38,655 bases of DNA from Thermodesulfobacterium sp. (GTDB taxonomy: Bacteria; Desulfobacterota; Thermodesulfobacteria; Thermodesulfobacteriales; Thermodesulfobacteriaceae): positions 1 through 38,655 of the forward strand of contig DAIQAS010000002.1 in the NCBI GenBank assembly GCA_036781525.1, in the 5' to 3' direction. The notes under the pieces are model-generated. The model searched no databases and was not told the origin of the DNA. It saw only the letters and a program-made list of their open reading frames with translations. Below are positions 18,804-28,499 of this stretch, in pieces. Made by a program: the position numbers and the translations under genes. Every line of letters starts with the position of its first letter. The stretch's first letter is position 1.

Positions 18804-21578
18804 TTATTTATCTTGGGGAAATAGATTAAATATATAACCAGAAAATTTAGATTCTTTTTTTTCTGTCGATACCTTGTTTTGGAACATTTGAGAACTTTGA
18901 AATGTATCATCCATAGTCCAGATTTTAATTAAATCAGGATTTTTCTTGGTATGTCTTTCAAACAGATATTTTATATGATCATCCATAGTAAAATAAAAGA
19001 TCTGCCATCCACTTTTTTCTGCAAAATCTACAAGGGTATCAACCAGTTTTTCCCTTTTTTTCCAGTCTACATGTTGAAAGGCATCATCAAAAATCAAAAA
19101 TCCAGACATGGAATTAAACAACCTTTGAATCATACCAATTCTGAGACCTACTAATACCTGTTCTTTTGCACCTGTGCTTAAATCTCTTAAACTAAAGTTA
19201 GTATATCCATCAGAAATTAAAATTTCTTCTCCTTCTATTTTGAACTCTTTATATTTAGCAGTAATTTTTTCTATAATACTTTTTATTTCATCTGAATTTA
19301 ACACATCTTCTAACCAATTTTCTATATCTCTTTTTTCCTTTTCCATAATATTATTAACCAGATATCCACCTACAATTCTTGCCACAGAAGCTTTTAATTC
19401 TTTTTTCTTTTCTTCCTTTTTTTTATAAAGGCTGTTTATGAGTTCAGGCCAGGGAGTTGTAATGTCTTTGCCTGTAACTTGCGAAATTTTTGCTTTCAGA
19501 CTTTGTAACTTTTCTTCTGTTTTATATTTTTTTTCTCTCATTTCTTTAATCTTTACTTCTATTTTATCAAGCAGTCCTTTTTGATAAACCAACCCAGGAT
19601 CTTCTGTTATAAAATCTTCTTTTGTTACCTCCAAACCATTTAACTCTCCTTCCAATTTTCTAAGTTCCTCAATTTTAGTATTAATCTTTTGTTCCAAAGT
19701 CTTGACTGTTTTTTTCCAATTTTCACTTTCAACCTCGGTTTTTGTATATTCTATAAACCATGCACCTATTTCTTTTTCTAATCTATCTATTTCAGACTGA
19801 AGTTCTTTTATTTCATCCCTTAATTTTAGAATTTCAGTTTTAACGTCTTTTAATTTTTCTACTGATTTTTTTAAGTCTTCAAATCTTTCTTTGTCAAACT
19901 CTATTCCAGGAAACTCTTTTACATAATCTGTCTCATTAACATCAAGTTTTAGAAGAATATTTTCCAAGGATTTAAGTTCTTCTTCTTTTTTTCTTCTTTC
20001 CTGTTTGAGTTTGCTTAAATTTTCATAAAATTTTTCAGAAAGCTTTTCCCACTTCTCAGGAAAATATTCATCTACTACAGCGCATCCTAAAATTTTAAAG
20101 TTATCATTAATAATACGGTATAATACTTCACACTCGCTCTTTAGCTTATCAAGTGCCAAATTTTCTAATGTGGTCTTCTTTTCTTTTAAAGCATCAATCT
20201 GAAAAGAAAGAACTGAAAGGCTAACAAATTCCTGTCCTGTAAGTTCTTTAAATCTATTTTTTAATGTTTCAATTTCTTTAGACTTTAAAACATCTTTTGA
20301 GCTTTTGTAATACCTAAATAAAAAGTATAAAATTCCTGCTAAACCCAAAAAAACTCCTGGAATTGCCCAAATTAGACCTAAAAGTGGTAATAAGGATCCT
20401 AAAAGAATGAATAAAAGAGATAATATTAAAACAGAAATTTGTGGTTTTTCTAAGGGAGGATTTTCAATAAGCTGTGTATATGTATTACGAATTGATTCAA
20501 GATCGTTAAGGATAGCAATTTCTTTTTCCAGTTTTTTTGCTTTTTCTTTTTTATGTTCAAGTTCTTGTGCTTTTTCTTTCCATTTTTCAATATTTTTTTC
20601 AAGATTGCCTAATAGTTCTTCAGGATATTTTGTGTCAAGTTCAAATTTTAAAGCCTTTATTTTTTCTGATAACTTGTAGGCATAATATCCTCTTGCTTTA
20701 GTTTGCAATCTGAATTCTTCATACAGTTTTTCAAGAACCCCAGCCTCATTCTCAAGCTCATTTAGCTTTTTTTCTTTTTCTCTTAGCCTGAAACTTAAGT
20801 TGTTAAACTGTTCAAGTTTATTCTTTATAGAATCAATCTCTTGTTGAGATGGTAAGTCTTTAAGTTCATTTTTTATTTTTTCAATCTGATTGTAAAGTTT
20901 AAAGGCTCTATATCTTTTTGCTTTAATTTGAAGCTCTTTTTCCTTTTCAAGATGTTCTATTATCTTTTCAATTTCTTTTAGCTGCGCTGGATTATATTGA
21001 GAAACTATTTCTTCAATAAGCGCCTCAATACTTTTTATTTCTTCTTTTAGATTATAATAAAGCTTTCCTTCTCCAATTTTAGAAATATTTATTATTCCAT
21101 CTTTAATCTGAACTGATTTTATAACTGGTGCAATTTTAGAAGTTATTTGAGTATAAAGATTATTTTGTGAAAAAAGTTTTACAAGACTATCTTTTGTTAA
21201 AGGATGATCTGAGTCAATGTTTACATCTCCGCTTTTAACTATAAGCAATCTGTGAATATTTGAGACAGGGAAAAATTTTTCGATTTTACCTTCTTTCATT
21301 ATTTTCTGCCTTCTTCTTTTAGAAAAATCTGGTAAAAATTCCCGAATTAAACTTTGGTTATCCTGAAAGATTTCAACTCTGACCTTGCCCATAGCTGTAG
21401 AAAGATCTCTAAAGTCTTTCCAGTAATTAGCTTCTCTAAAAAGCGAATGAATTATAAACTCTACCATAAGAGTTTTCCCAGCTTCATTGGGACCATAGAT
21501 ACAGTTGATAAGTACTGGCTCACACTTAAACTCTTTAATAGGTCCGAGGTTTTTAACTGCAATTTCTTTTATACGCAT
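18804..21578 (-). CDS. SbcC/Rad50-superfamily (YhaN/SbcE-like) ATPase with long coiled coil and central transmembrane hairpin
   Basis: Walker A GPNEAGKT, signature LSTGAKEQ, Walker B/D-loop FLIFDDAFQHVD, QIFYFT; hydrophobic stretch aa 381-424; no CxxC zinc hook. Confidence 0.85.
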   Translation of the reverse strand: MRIKEIAVKNLGPIKEFKCEPVLINCIYGPNEAGKTLMVEFIIHSLFREANYWKDFRDLSTAMGKVRVEIFQDNQSLIREFLPDFSKRRRQKIMKEGKIEKFFPVSNIHRLLIVKSGDVNIDSDHPLTKDSLVKLFSQNNLYTQITSKIAPVIKSVQIKDGIINISKIGEGKLYYNLKEEIKSIEALIEEIVSQYNPAQLKEIEKIIEHLEKEKELQIKAKRYRAFKLYNQIEKIKNELKDLPSQQEIDSIKNKLEQFNNLSFRLREKEKKLNELENEAGVLEKLYEEFRLQTKARGYYAYKLSEKIKALKFELDTKYPEELLGNLEKNIEKWKEKAQELEHKKEKAKKLEKEIAILNDLESIRNTYTQLIENPPLEKPQISVLILSLLFILLGSLLPLLGLIWAIPGVFLGLAGILYFLFRYYKSSKDVLKSKEIETLKNRFKELTGQEFVSLSVLSFQIDALKEKKTTLENLALDKLKSECEVLYRIINDNFKILGCAVVDEYFPEKWEKLSEKFYENLSKLKQERRKKEEELKSLENILLKLDVNETDYVKEFPGIEFDKERFEDLKKSVEKLKDVKTEILKLRDEIKELQSEIDRLEKEIGAWFIEYTKTEVESENWKKTVKTLEQKINTKIEELRKLEGELNGLEVTKEDFITEDPGLVYQKGLLDKIEVKIKEMREKKYKTEEKLQSLKAKISQVTGKDITTPWPELINSLYKKKEEKKKELKASVARIVGGYLVNNIMEKEKRDIENWLEDVLNSDEIKSIIEKITAKYKEFKIEGEEILISDGYTNFSLRDLSTGAKEQVLVGLRIGMIQRLFNSMSGFLIFDDAFQHVDWKKREKLVDTLVDFAEKSGWQIFYFTMDDHIKYLFERHTKKNPDLIKIWTMDDTFQSSQMFQNKVSTEKKESKFSGYIFNLFPQDK
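19557..20933 (-). repeat. Nested protein-level repeats A1-A2-[TM]-B1-B2 in the ATPase arm
   Basis: A1 LQIKAKRYRAFKLYNQIEKIKNELKDLP (aa216-243) vs A2 LQTKARGYYAYKLSEKIKALKFELDTKYP (aa291-319); B1 LKSLENILLKLDVNETDYVKEFPGIEFDK (from aa535) vs B2 LRKLEGELNGLEVTKEDFITEDPGLVYQK (from aa639). Confidence 0.75.
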
Positions 21579-21585
21579 ATTTCAT

Positions 21586-22656
21586 TTATTCAAAAAGTAG
21601 TCTTAACACCTCTTTTTTAACATCATCTTTACTTAAAGTCCCTTCTTCAAATTCCATTAATTCCAAATTTTCTAATTCATTTAAAATCTTTTTATAAAAT
21701 TTTAGTCTTTCTTCAAAATCTTCTCCTTTGTAATCCTTAACTTCAAGTATCGGTTCATCTCCTACGAGAGTGATTTTCTTTTCTGATAAGAAATTTTTTA
21801 TAAATTCATTAAGGTCTCGTTTATTTTGTGTATATCCGGTTATAAAAAGTCTTAATTTCACTTTCTTAAGACCATTATCTGAAAGCCCCCAAGAATTTAT
21901 TCTTTCTTCTAAAGCACTTTTAACATACTCAATTTCATCTTCAAATGGATATATTATTAAACTTTCTGTAAAAAATATATAAGGTGTTTCTATAAATTCT
22001 CTTCTTACTTGAAGAGTAGTAGTATCAAAAACTATAAAACTGCGTTTTCCAGTTTCAGAACTATCAATAGGACAAGGGGATCCCGGATAATAAATTTTCC
22101 CATATTCAGTTGGTTTGTGTGTATGTCCCAAAAATACCTTTAAAAACCCGTATCTTTCTACAACATGAGCAGTTAAAGGAAAATAAAATCCTTCTTCATA
22201 AGGATTGAATTCATATCTTTTTGTTAAATAATCTCCGTGAGAAACTAAGACCAAGTTTTTAATTTTTTCATTATTAAAAAAATACTCTTCAAGGACTTCA
22301 TCCATAGAACTTTTTTCTGGTATATAGGGAATAAACAAAAAATTTAAATTTCCTATGGATGTTACTTTTTCATCAGACTGGCTATTTACTATCTTCAAAT
22401 TGGATGCTGTAAAAGATTTTATATCGAGATCTGGATCATGGTTTCCCGGAATTACATAAACATTTATATTGGGAAAAGCTTTAAGTATTTCATCAAAATC
22501 GCTGTAATCATTTATTTCTTTATCATAAAGATCACCTGCTATAATTAGATGATTAATATTTAACTTATTCAGCTTTTCAAAAAGAGACACTAATGTTTCC
22601 TTTCTTTCTGGAAAAGAAGGATGTAGATGACAATCTGCAGTTATAGCAACTTGCAT
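21586..22656 (-). CDS. Mre11/SbcD-like (YhaO-like) metallophosphoesterase nuclease
   Basis: ADCHL, AGDLYD, PGNHD, VSHG, LGHTH, YPGSP; immediately upstream of the ATPase; ATG 22656 or TTG 22662. Confidence 0.88.
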   Translation of the reverse strand: MQVAITADCHLHPSFPERKETLVSLFEKLNKLNINHLIIAGDLYDKEINDYSDFDEILKAFPNINVYVIPGNHDPDLDIKSFTASNLKIVNSQSDEKVTSIGNLNFLFIPYIPEKSSMDEVLEEYFFNNEKIKNLVLVSHGDYLTKRYEFNPYEEGFYFPLTAHVVERYGFLKVFLGHTHKPTEYGKIYYPGSPCPIDSSETGKRSFIVFDTTTLQVRREFIETPYIFFTESLIIYPFEDEIEYVKSALEERINSWGLSDNGLKKVKLRLFITGYTQNKRDLNEFIKNFLSEKKITLVGDEPILEVKDYKGEDFEERLKFYKKILNELENLELMEFEEGTLSKDDVKKEVLRLLFE

Positions 22657-22663
22657 TTTCAAA

Positions 22664-22697
22664 AATTTATTTAACCTCTACTTCTATTAAATGTCAA
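22664..22697 (-). promoter_or_regulatory. Possible promoter for nuclease-ATPase operon
   Basis: Perfect TTGACA at 22697-22692; the -10 is ambiguous (TTAAAT at N17, or TAAATT 7 nt before ATG). Confidence 0.35.
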
Positions 22698-22716
22698 CGT
22701 TTAAATTATTCATTCT

Positions 22717-22745
22717 TTGCCTTTTTATTAAATTATGAATATAAT
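22717..22745 (+). promoter_or_regulatory. Sigma70 promoter for fba (TTGCCT-N17-TATAAT)
   Basis: Canonical spacing, perfect -10, AGGAGG SD at about 22772-22780. Confidence 0.65.
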
Positions 22746-22786
22746 TTTTTAAAATAATAAAATTAGTTTACAGGAGGAGGGGAAAG

Positions 22787-24055
22787 ATGGATAAAGGCGA
22801 ATTTTTAAGAAAATTAAAGGAAAATCCTGAAGAAATAGATACTATTCTTTATAAGGCAGTTTTTGAAAATAAAGAACTTTTGAGTACTATCCAAGAAAGT
22901 TTAAAAGAATTAGGCTATAAAGGTTACTCTATTTATCCTTTATATAAAGAATTTTCAAAAAAATTTCTTGGTTTTACAGTTCCTGCAATAAATTTAAGAG
23001 GTATGACCTATGATGTGGCAAGAACTGTTTTCAGAGTTGCAAAAAGGCTTAAAGTTGGAGCACTTATTTTTGAAATTGCCAAATCTGAAATGGGTTATAC
23101 AAGGCAATCACCCTTAGAATATGCAACTGTTATTCTTTCTGCAGGATTCAGAGAAAATTTTGATGGTCCTATTTTTATTCAGGGAGACCATTTTCAATTT
23201 AACAGAAAATCCTTTTTTACTAATCCAGAAAGAGAAAAAGAGAATATTAAAAATTTAATAAAAGATGCCATTTCAGCTCAGTTTTATAATATTGATATAG
23301 ATGCATCAACTCTTGTCATACTTGAAAAAGAAAGCTTAGAAGAACAACAGAAATATAATTATGAAATTACTGCAGAGATGGCAGAATTTGTAAGATCTAT
23401 AGAACCTGAAGGAATAACTGTAAACCTTGGTGGTGAAATAGGAGAAATTGGTGGACACAATAGTACTCCAGAAGAACTAAGAGCTTTTATGAATGGATTT
23501 AATAAAATTTTTAATGGAAAAGTGGGTATTTCAAAAATCAGTGTTCAAACAGGAACTGCTCATGGCGGAGTGGTTTTGCCAGACGGAAAAGTAGCAACTG
23601 TAAATCTTGATTTTAACACCTTAAAAACCCTTTCTAAAATTGCAAGGGAGGAGTTTGGATTAGCAGGTGCGGTTCAACATGGTGCTTCAACTCTTCCAGA
23701 AGACTACTTCCATTTATTTCCTGAATGTGAGTGTGTGGAAGTTCATCTGGCTACAGGCTTTCAGAACTTTATTTATGACCATCCTGCATTGCCGAAAGAT
23801 TTTAAAGAAAAAATATACAGCTATTTAAAAAGCAATCTTAAAAATGAATGGAAAGAAGATATGACTGAGGCTCAATTTATTTATAAAACAAGAAAAAAGG
23901 GATTTGGAATTTTTAAAAAAGATTGGTGGGATCTACAAGAAGAAGTTAAAGAAAAAATTCTATCCGATATGGAGGGACTTTTTGAAAAAATATTTAAAGC
24001 TCTAAATGTGGTAAACACTCTTGATCTTGTCAAAACAAAGGTATTAGCTTTCTAA
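22787..24055 (+). CDS. fba: Class II fructose-bisphosphate aldolase family protein
   Basis: VPAIN, QGDH, DIDAS, GEIGEIGG, VQTGTAHGG, VQHGAS (Zn-binding His motifs). Confidence 0.8.
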   Translation: MDKGEFLRKLKENPEEIDTILYKAVFENKELLSTIQESLKELGYKGYSIYPLYKEFSKKFLGFTVPAINLRGMTYDVARTVFRVAKRLKVGALIFEIAKSEMGYTRQSPLEYATVILSAGFRENFDGPIFIQGDHFQFNRKSFFTNPEREKENIKNLIKDAISAQFYNIDIDASTLVILEKESLEEQQKYNYEITAEMAEFVRSIEPEGITVNLGGEIGEIGGHNSTPEELRAFMNGFNKIFNGKVGISKISVQTGTAHGGVVLPDGKVATVNLDFNTLKTLSKIAREEFGLAGAVQHGASTLPEDYFHLFPECECVEVHLATGFQNFIYDHPALPKDFKEKIYSYLKSNLKNEWKEDMTEAQFIYKTRKKGFGIFKKDWWDLQEEVKEKILSDMEGLFEKIFKALNVVNTLDLVKTKVLAF

Positions 24056-24059
24056 AATA

Positions 24060-24088
24060 TTGAATTTTTAAGCTTTAGATGATATATT
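24060..24088 (+). promoter_or_regulatory. Sigma70 promoter for purL (TTGAAT-N17-TATATT, extended -10 TG), 8 nt before ATG 24097
   Basis: Canonical spacing plus TGn extended -10; no SD. Confidence 0.55.
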
Positions 24089-24096
24089 TCAACTCT

Positions 24097-27000
24097 ATGA
24101 AGTCATTTAGAATTGAAGTAGCTTCTAAACCTTTCTTAGAAGATGCAATTGCATCCAAAATAAAAAAGAAAATCATCCAACATTTAAACATTCATTTAGA
24201 TCAAGTTTATTTCATAAAAGTATATCTCGTAGAAGGGAATTTTTCTGAAAATATAATTAAAACTTTTGCAGAATCTGCTCTTTGTGATCCTATAATTCAA
24301 ACATATAGTATTAATGAACCCATTTCCTTGAAATTAAATCTTTCTTTTGATTGGGCTTTAGAAATTGGTTATCTGCCTGGGGTTACTGATAACGAAGGAA
24401 AAACCGCTGAGGAAGCACTTGGTTATATTCTTGAAAGACCCCTTGATAATAACAAAGAAGGCGTTTATTTTGCTCGTCAATTCCTGATAAAAGGAAATAT
24501 TTCTAAAGATATTGTTGAAAAAATTGCAAAAGAACTTCTTGCCAATGAACTTATAGAAAGATGGTTCATACTCTCAAGAGATGAGTTCTTGGAAAAAGGA
24601 GGAATTTCGTATTCTCCACCAAGAGTAACCGAATATTTTCCTCCTATAGTAGAAAGTTTTAATTTAAAAACCTTTTCAGATGAAGAACTTTTAAAACTTT
24701 CTCAAGAAAGATTATTAGCACTTAATATCAAAGAGATGAAAACAATACAGGAGTATTTTTCTAACCAAGAATTTATTGAAATCAGAAAAAGATACGGGCT
24801 AAATGAAGCTATTACTGATGTAGAACTTGAAAGTATTGCCCAGACCTGGTCTGAACACTGTAAACACAAAATATTTAATGCTAAAATCTTTTATAAAGAT
24901 CTGGATACTGGGGAAGAAGTTATTATAGACAGTTTATTTAAAACTTATATTAAGCAAGCTACAGAGGAGATAAGAAAAGAAAAAGGAGAAAGGGATTTCT
25001 GTTTATCGGTTTTTACTGACAATGCAGGTGTTATAAAGCTTGATGATAAATGGGCACTTTCATTTAAAGTTGAAACTCACAACAGTCCTTCTGCTCTTGA
25101 TCCTTACGGAGGTGCATTAACAGGTATTGTAGGAGTAAATAGAGATCCTCTGGGAACTGGTAAGGGATCTAAACTTATATTTAATACTGATGTTTTTTGT
25201 TTTGCACCTCCAGACTGGGATAAACCCCTTCCTCCAAGGATTTTACATCCAAGAAGAATTTTTGAAGGTGTAAGAGAAGGTGTTGAACATGGAGGAAATC
25301 AAAGCGGAATTCCTACAATTAACGGCTCTATAGTTTTTGATCCGCGTTATCTTGGAAAACCTTTGGTCTATTGTGGAACAGGTGGACTTTTACCTTTATA
25401 TATTAATGATGAGCCAAGCTGGAAAAAAGGTGCAAAGCCTGGAGACTTAGTGGTAATGATAGGTGGTAAAGTAGGTAAAGATGGAATACATGGAGCTACA
25501 TTTTCTTCTGAGGCCCTACATGAAGGTTCTCCTGCTACAGCAGTACAAATCGGAGATCCTATAACACAAAAAAAGATGGTGGACTTTTTATTAAAGGCTC
25601 GAGATGAAGGTTTATACAATTCTATTACAGATAATGGCGCAGGAGGACTTTCTTCTTCTGTTGGAGAAATGGCAAGAGAATCAGGAGGAGCTGAAATAGA
25701 TTTATCTAAAGCTCCTTTGAAATATCCAGGACTTCGCCCCTGGGAAATCCTTCTTTCTGAAAGCCAAGAGAGAATGACCGTTGCTGTTCCTCCTGACAAA
25801 ATTGAAAGATTTTTAAACTTAGCAAAAAAGATGGGAGTTTTGGCAACTGTTCTGGGTAAATTTACAGATTCCGGCTACTTTCATATCTTATACGATGGAA
25901 AAACCGTAGGGTTGTTGCCCTTGGATTTTCTTCATGAAGGAGTACCTCAACTTGAGTTATATGCTGAATGGAAATCTCCTAAATACCCTTTAAAACCAGA
26001 AGTAGTTCCTCCTGAAGATTACGGAGAAATTTTAAAAAAAATTCTCAAGTCTTATAATGTTTGCTCAAAAGAGTATGTAGTAACTCAGTATGATCACGAA
26101 GTTCAGGGAGGAAGTGTTATAAAACCTTTAACTGGTGCTGAAAATGACGGTCCAAGTGATGCAGCAGTTTTGAGATATGATCTTGAAAGCGAAAGCGGAA
26201 TTGTTGTTGCACATGGAATTTGTCCTAAGTTTTCTGATTACGATACTTATTGGATGGTAGCTAACGCTATAGATGAAGGAATAAGAAATGCTGTTTGTGT
26301 AGGAGGAGACATAGAGTATATGGCCGGACTTGATAATTTTTGTTGGTGCGATCCTATTGAAAGTGAAAAAACACCAGATGGTAAATACAAACTTGCTCAG
26401 CTTGTAAGAGCAAATCAGGCATTATACACCTTTACCAAAGCCTATGGTGTTCCCTGTATTTCAGGAAAAGATTCCATGAAAAATGATTATTTAATGTCTC
26501 TCGGTCTTGATCCCGAAGGTGAAAATCCCTTTGGAGTGGGATCCATTCTTCCTGATGGAAGCCTTAAAATCTCCATCCCCCCTACTCTTTTATTTTCAGT
26601 TGTTGCAAAAATCCCTAAATACTATCTTGCTCAAACCATGGATGTTAAAGCTCCAGGAGATTTGATTTACATTTTAGGAATAACTAAGGATGAACTTGCA
26701 GGCTCAGAATATTTTAATCTTTTAGGAATAAAAGGAGGAAAAGTTCCCAAACCAGATCCACATCTTAATAAAAAGATTTACTTAAAATTAAGAGATGCTA
26801 TCTATGCTGGTCTTATTGAATCTGCCCATGATCTTTCTGACGGAGGATTGGGAGTTTCTTTAGCTGAAAAGGCTTTTGCTGGAGGATATGGAATTTTTGC
26901 TGATCTTTCGGCAATTCCTTACGAAGGAGATATAAGGGAAGATTTTATTCTCTTTTCAGAAAGCGCAGGAAGAATTCTTGTTACTGTTAAAAAAGAAAAG

Positions 27001-27165
27001 AAAAGAGATTTTGAAGATCTAATGAAGGGCTTACCCTATTCTCTAATTGGTGAAGTGATAAAAGCCCCTGTTTTGGAAATAAAGGGTTTAGACGGCAAAA
27101 CTATAATAAAGGAAAATATAAAAAAGCTTAAAAAAGTCTGGAAAGAACCGTTCAGTAATTGGTAA
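24097..27165 (+). CDS. purL: Phosphoribosylformylglycinamidine synthase PurL with two N-terminal PurS-like domains, no glutaminase domain
   Basis: QTWSEHCKHKIF, KVETHNSPS, DGIHGATFSS, DNGAGGL, LSESQERM, QYDHEV, HDLSDGGL; start 24097 chosen from promoter position (ORF track gives 24079). Confidence 0.93.
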   Translation: MKSFRIEVASKPFLEDAIASKIKKKIIQHLNIHLDQVYFIKVYLVEGNFSENIIKTFAESALCDPIIQTYSINEPISLKLNLSFDWALEIGYLPGVTDNEGKTAEEALGYILERPLDNNKEGVYFARQFLIKGNISKDIVEKIAKELLANELIERWFILSRDEFLEKGGISYSPPRVTEYFPPIVESFNLKTFSDEELLKLSQERLLALNIKEMKTIQEYFSNQEFIEIRKRYGLNEAITDVELESIAQTWSEHCKHKIFNAKIFYKDLDTGEEVIIDSLFKTYIKQATEEIRKEKGERDFCLSVFTDNAGVIKLDDKWALSFKVETHNSPSALDPYGGALTGIVGVNRDPLGTGKGSKLIFNTDVFCFAPPDWDKPLPPRILHPRRIFEGVREGVEHGGNQSGIPTINGSIVFDPRYLGKPLVYCGTGGLLPLYINDEPSWKKGAKPGDLVVMIGGKVGKDGIHGATFSSEALHEGSPATAVQIGDPITQKKMVDFLLKARDEGLYNSITDNGAGGLSSSVGEMARESGGAEIDLSKAPLKYPGLRPWEILLSESQERMTVAVPPDKIERFLNLAKKMGVLATVLGKFTDSGYFHILYDGKTVGLLPLDFLHEGVPQLELYAEWKSPKYPLKPEVVPPEDYGEILKKILKSYNVCSKEYVVTQYDHEVQGGSVIKPLTGAENDGPSDAAVLRYDLESESGIVVAHGICPKFSDYDTYWMVANAIDEGIRNAVCVGGDIEYMAGLDNFCWCDPIESEKTPDGKYKLAQLVRANQALYTFTKAYGVPCISGKDSMKNDYLMSLGLDPEGENPFGVGSILPDGSLKISIPPTLLFSVVAKIPKYYLAQTMDVKAPGDLIYILGITKDELAGSEYFNLLGIKGGKVPKPDPHLNKKIYLKLRDAIYAGLIESAHDLSDGGLGVSLAEKAFAGGYGIFADLSAIPYEGDIREDFILFSESAGRILVTVKKEKKRDFEDLMKGLPYSLIGEVIKAPVLEIKGLDGKTIIKENIKKLKKVWKEPFSNW

Positions 27166-27179
27166 AAGGAGAAAATCTT

Positions 27180-28499
27180 ATGAAAATAAGAACTTTATAC
27201 TACCCTTCTAAAAACGCTGAGAAATATTTGCAAAGAATTATAAACAGAGTTGAAGAGTTCCCCAAAAATATAGAAAGAGAAGTGAGAAAGATAGGAAATA
27301 AAGTTAAAAAAGAAGGTGATAAAGCTTTAATTGAATATACTTACAAATTTGATGGAGTTTTTTTAGAAGAAAAGGAAATCAAAGTAACTAAAGAAGAAAT
27401 TGAGAAAGCTTATAGAAATATCCCTTCTGAATTACTTTCAGCTATTAGATTAGCTATAAAAAAAGTTAAAAAATTTCATTCTCAAAGTCTTCCTCAATCT
27501 TGGTTTATGGATGAAGATTCAGAAATCATATTGGGTCAAATGGTAAAACCTGTCTCTGCAGCGGGACTCTACATTCCAGGGGGTAAAGGTGGAGAGACAC
27601 CTCTTATTTCAACGGTTATTATGACTGCAATTCCTGCAAAAATAGCAGGAGTAAAAAATATTGTAATGGTTTCTCCTCCGAGAAAAGATAAAACTTTACA
27701 TCCTGCTCTTCTTGTTGCTGCAAATGAAGCGGAAGTTGATGAGATATATAAAATAGGTGGTCCCTGGTCTATTTTTGCTTTAGCTTATGGAACAGAAACT
27801 TTACCTAAGGTCGATGTAATTTGTGGTCCGGGAAATATTTATGTAACTACTGCCAAAAAAATCGTTTCTTCCTTTGTTGGAATTGACATAGTAGCTGGCC
27901 CAAGTGAAGTATTAATTATTGCAGATGACACTTCTAATCCTGAGTTTATAACTTGGGATCTACTTGCTCAAGCTGAACATGATCCTATGAGTTTGTCTAT
28001 TCTTATAACCACCTCTAAAAAAATAGCCAAAGAGGTTAAAAAATTACTCCCCGAAGCATTGAAAAAAGGTTTTAGAAGCGAAATTGCTAAAGAAGCTCTT
28101 TCAAAAAGAGGTAGCATTATAGTGGTAAAAGATTTAGAAACTGCTTTTTCCTTAGCTAATATTATTGCTCCTGAACATTTAGAAATAATGGTTAAAGAAC
28201 CGATGGAGTATTTACCAATGGTAAGAAATGCAGGAGCTGTTTTTCTGGGTAATTTTACTCCAGAAGCAATGGGAGACTACATTGCAGGGCCAAATCATGT
28301 TTTGCCTACTATGGGATTTGCAAGATTTACCTCTTCACTTTCTGCAGAAAAATTTTTAAAGAAAATAAATTTTCTTAAATATTCACAAAAAGCTTTGGAA
28401 AAGGAGGCTAAAGAGGTTATAATTCTTGCTGAAGCAGAAAATCTCCCCTCTCATGCTGAAGCAGTTAGAGTAAGATTAAAAGGAGGGGGAACAAAATGA
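27180..28499 (+). CDS. hisD: Histidinol dehydrogenase
   Basis: GLYIPGG, GPGNIYV, IDIVAGPSEV, QAEHD, APEHLE, GDYIAGPNHVLPT; AAGGAG SD before ATG 27180. Confidence 0.96.
   Translation: MKIRTLYYPSKNAEKYLQRIINRVEEFPKNIEREVRKIGNKVKKEGDKALIEYTYKFDGVFLEEKEIKVTKEEIEKAYRNIPSELLSAIRLAIKKVKKFHSQSLPQSWFMDEDSEIILGQMVKPVSAAGLYIPGGKGGETPLISTVIMTAIPAKIAGVKNIVMVSPPRKDKTLHPALLVAANEAEVDEIYKIGGPWSIFALAYGTETLPKVDVICGPGNIYVTTAKKIVSSFVGIDIVAGPSEVLIIADDTSNPEFITWDLLAQAEHDPMSLSILITTSKKIAKEVKKLLPEALKKGFRSEIAKEALSKRGSIIVVKDLETAFSLANIIAPEHLEIMVKEPMEYLPMVRNAGAVFLGNFTPEAMGDYIAGPNHVLPTMGFARFTSSLSAEKFLKKINFLKYSQKALEKEAKEVIILAEAENLPSHAEAVRVRLKGGGTK

Noticed and set aside
18804..18990. Second TMDD tetrapeptide and low-complexity tail at the ATPase C-terminus
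   Set aside because: A four-residue match is too short to separate from chance
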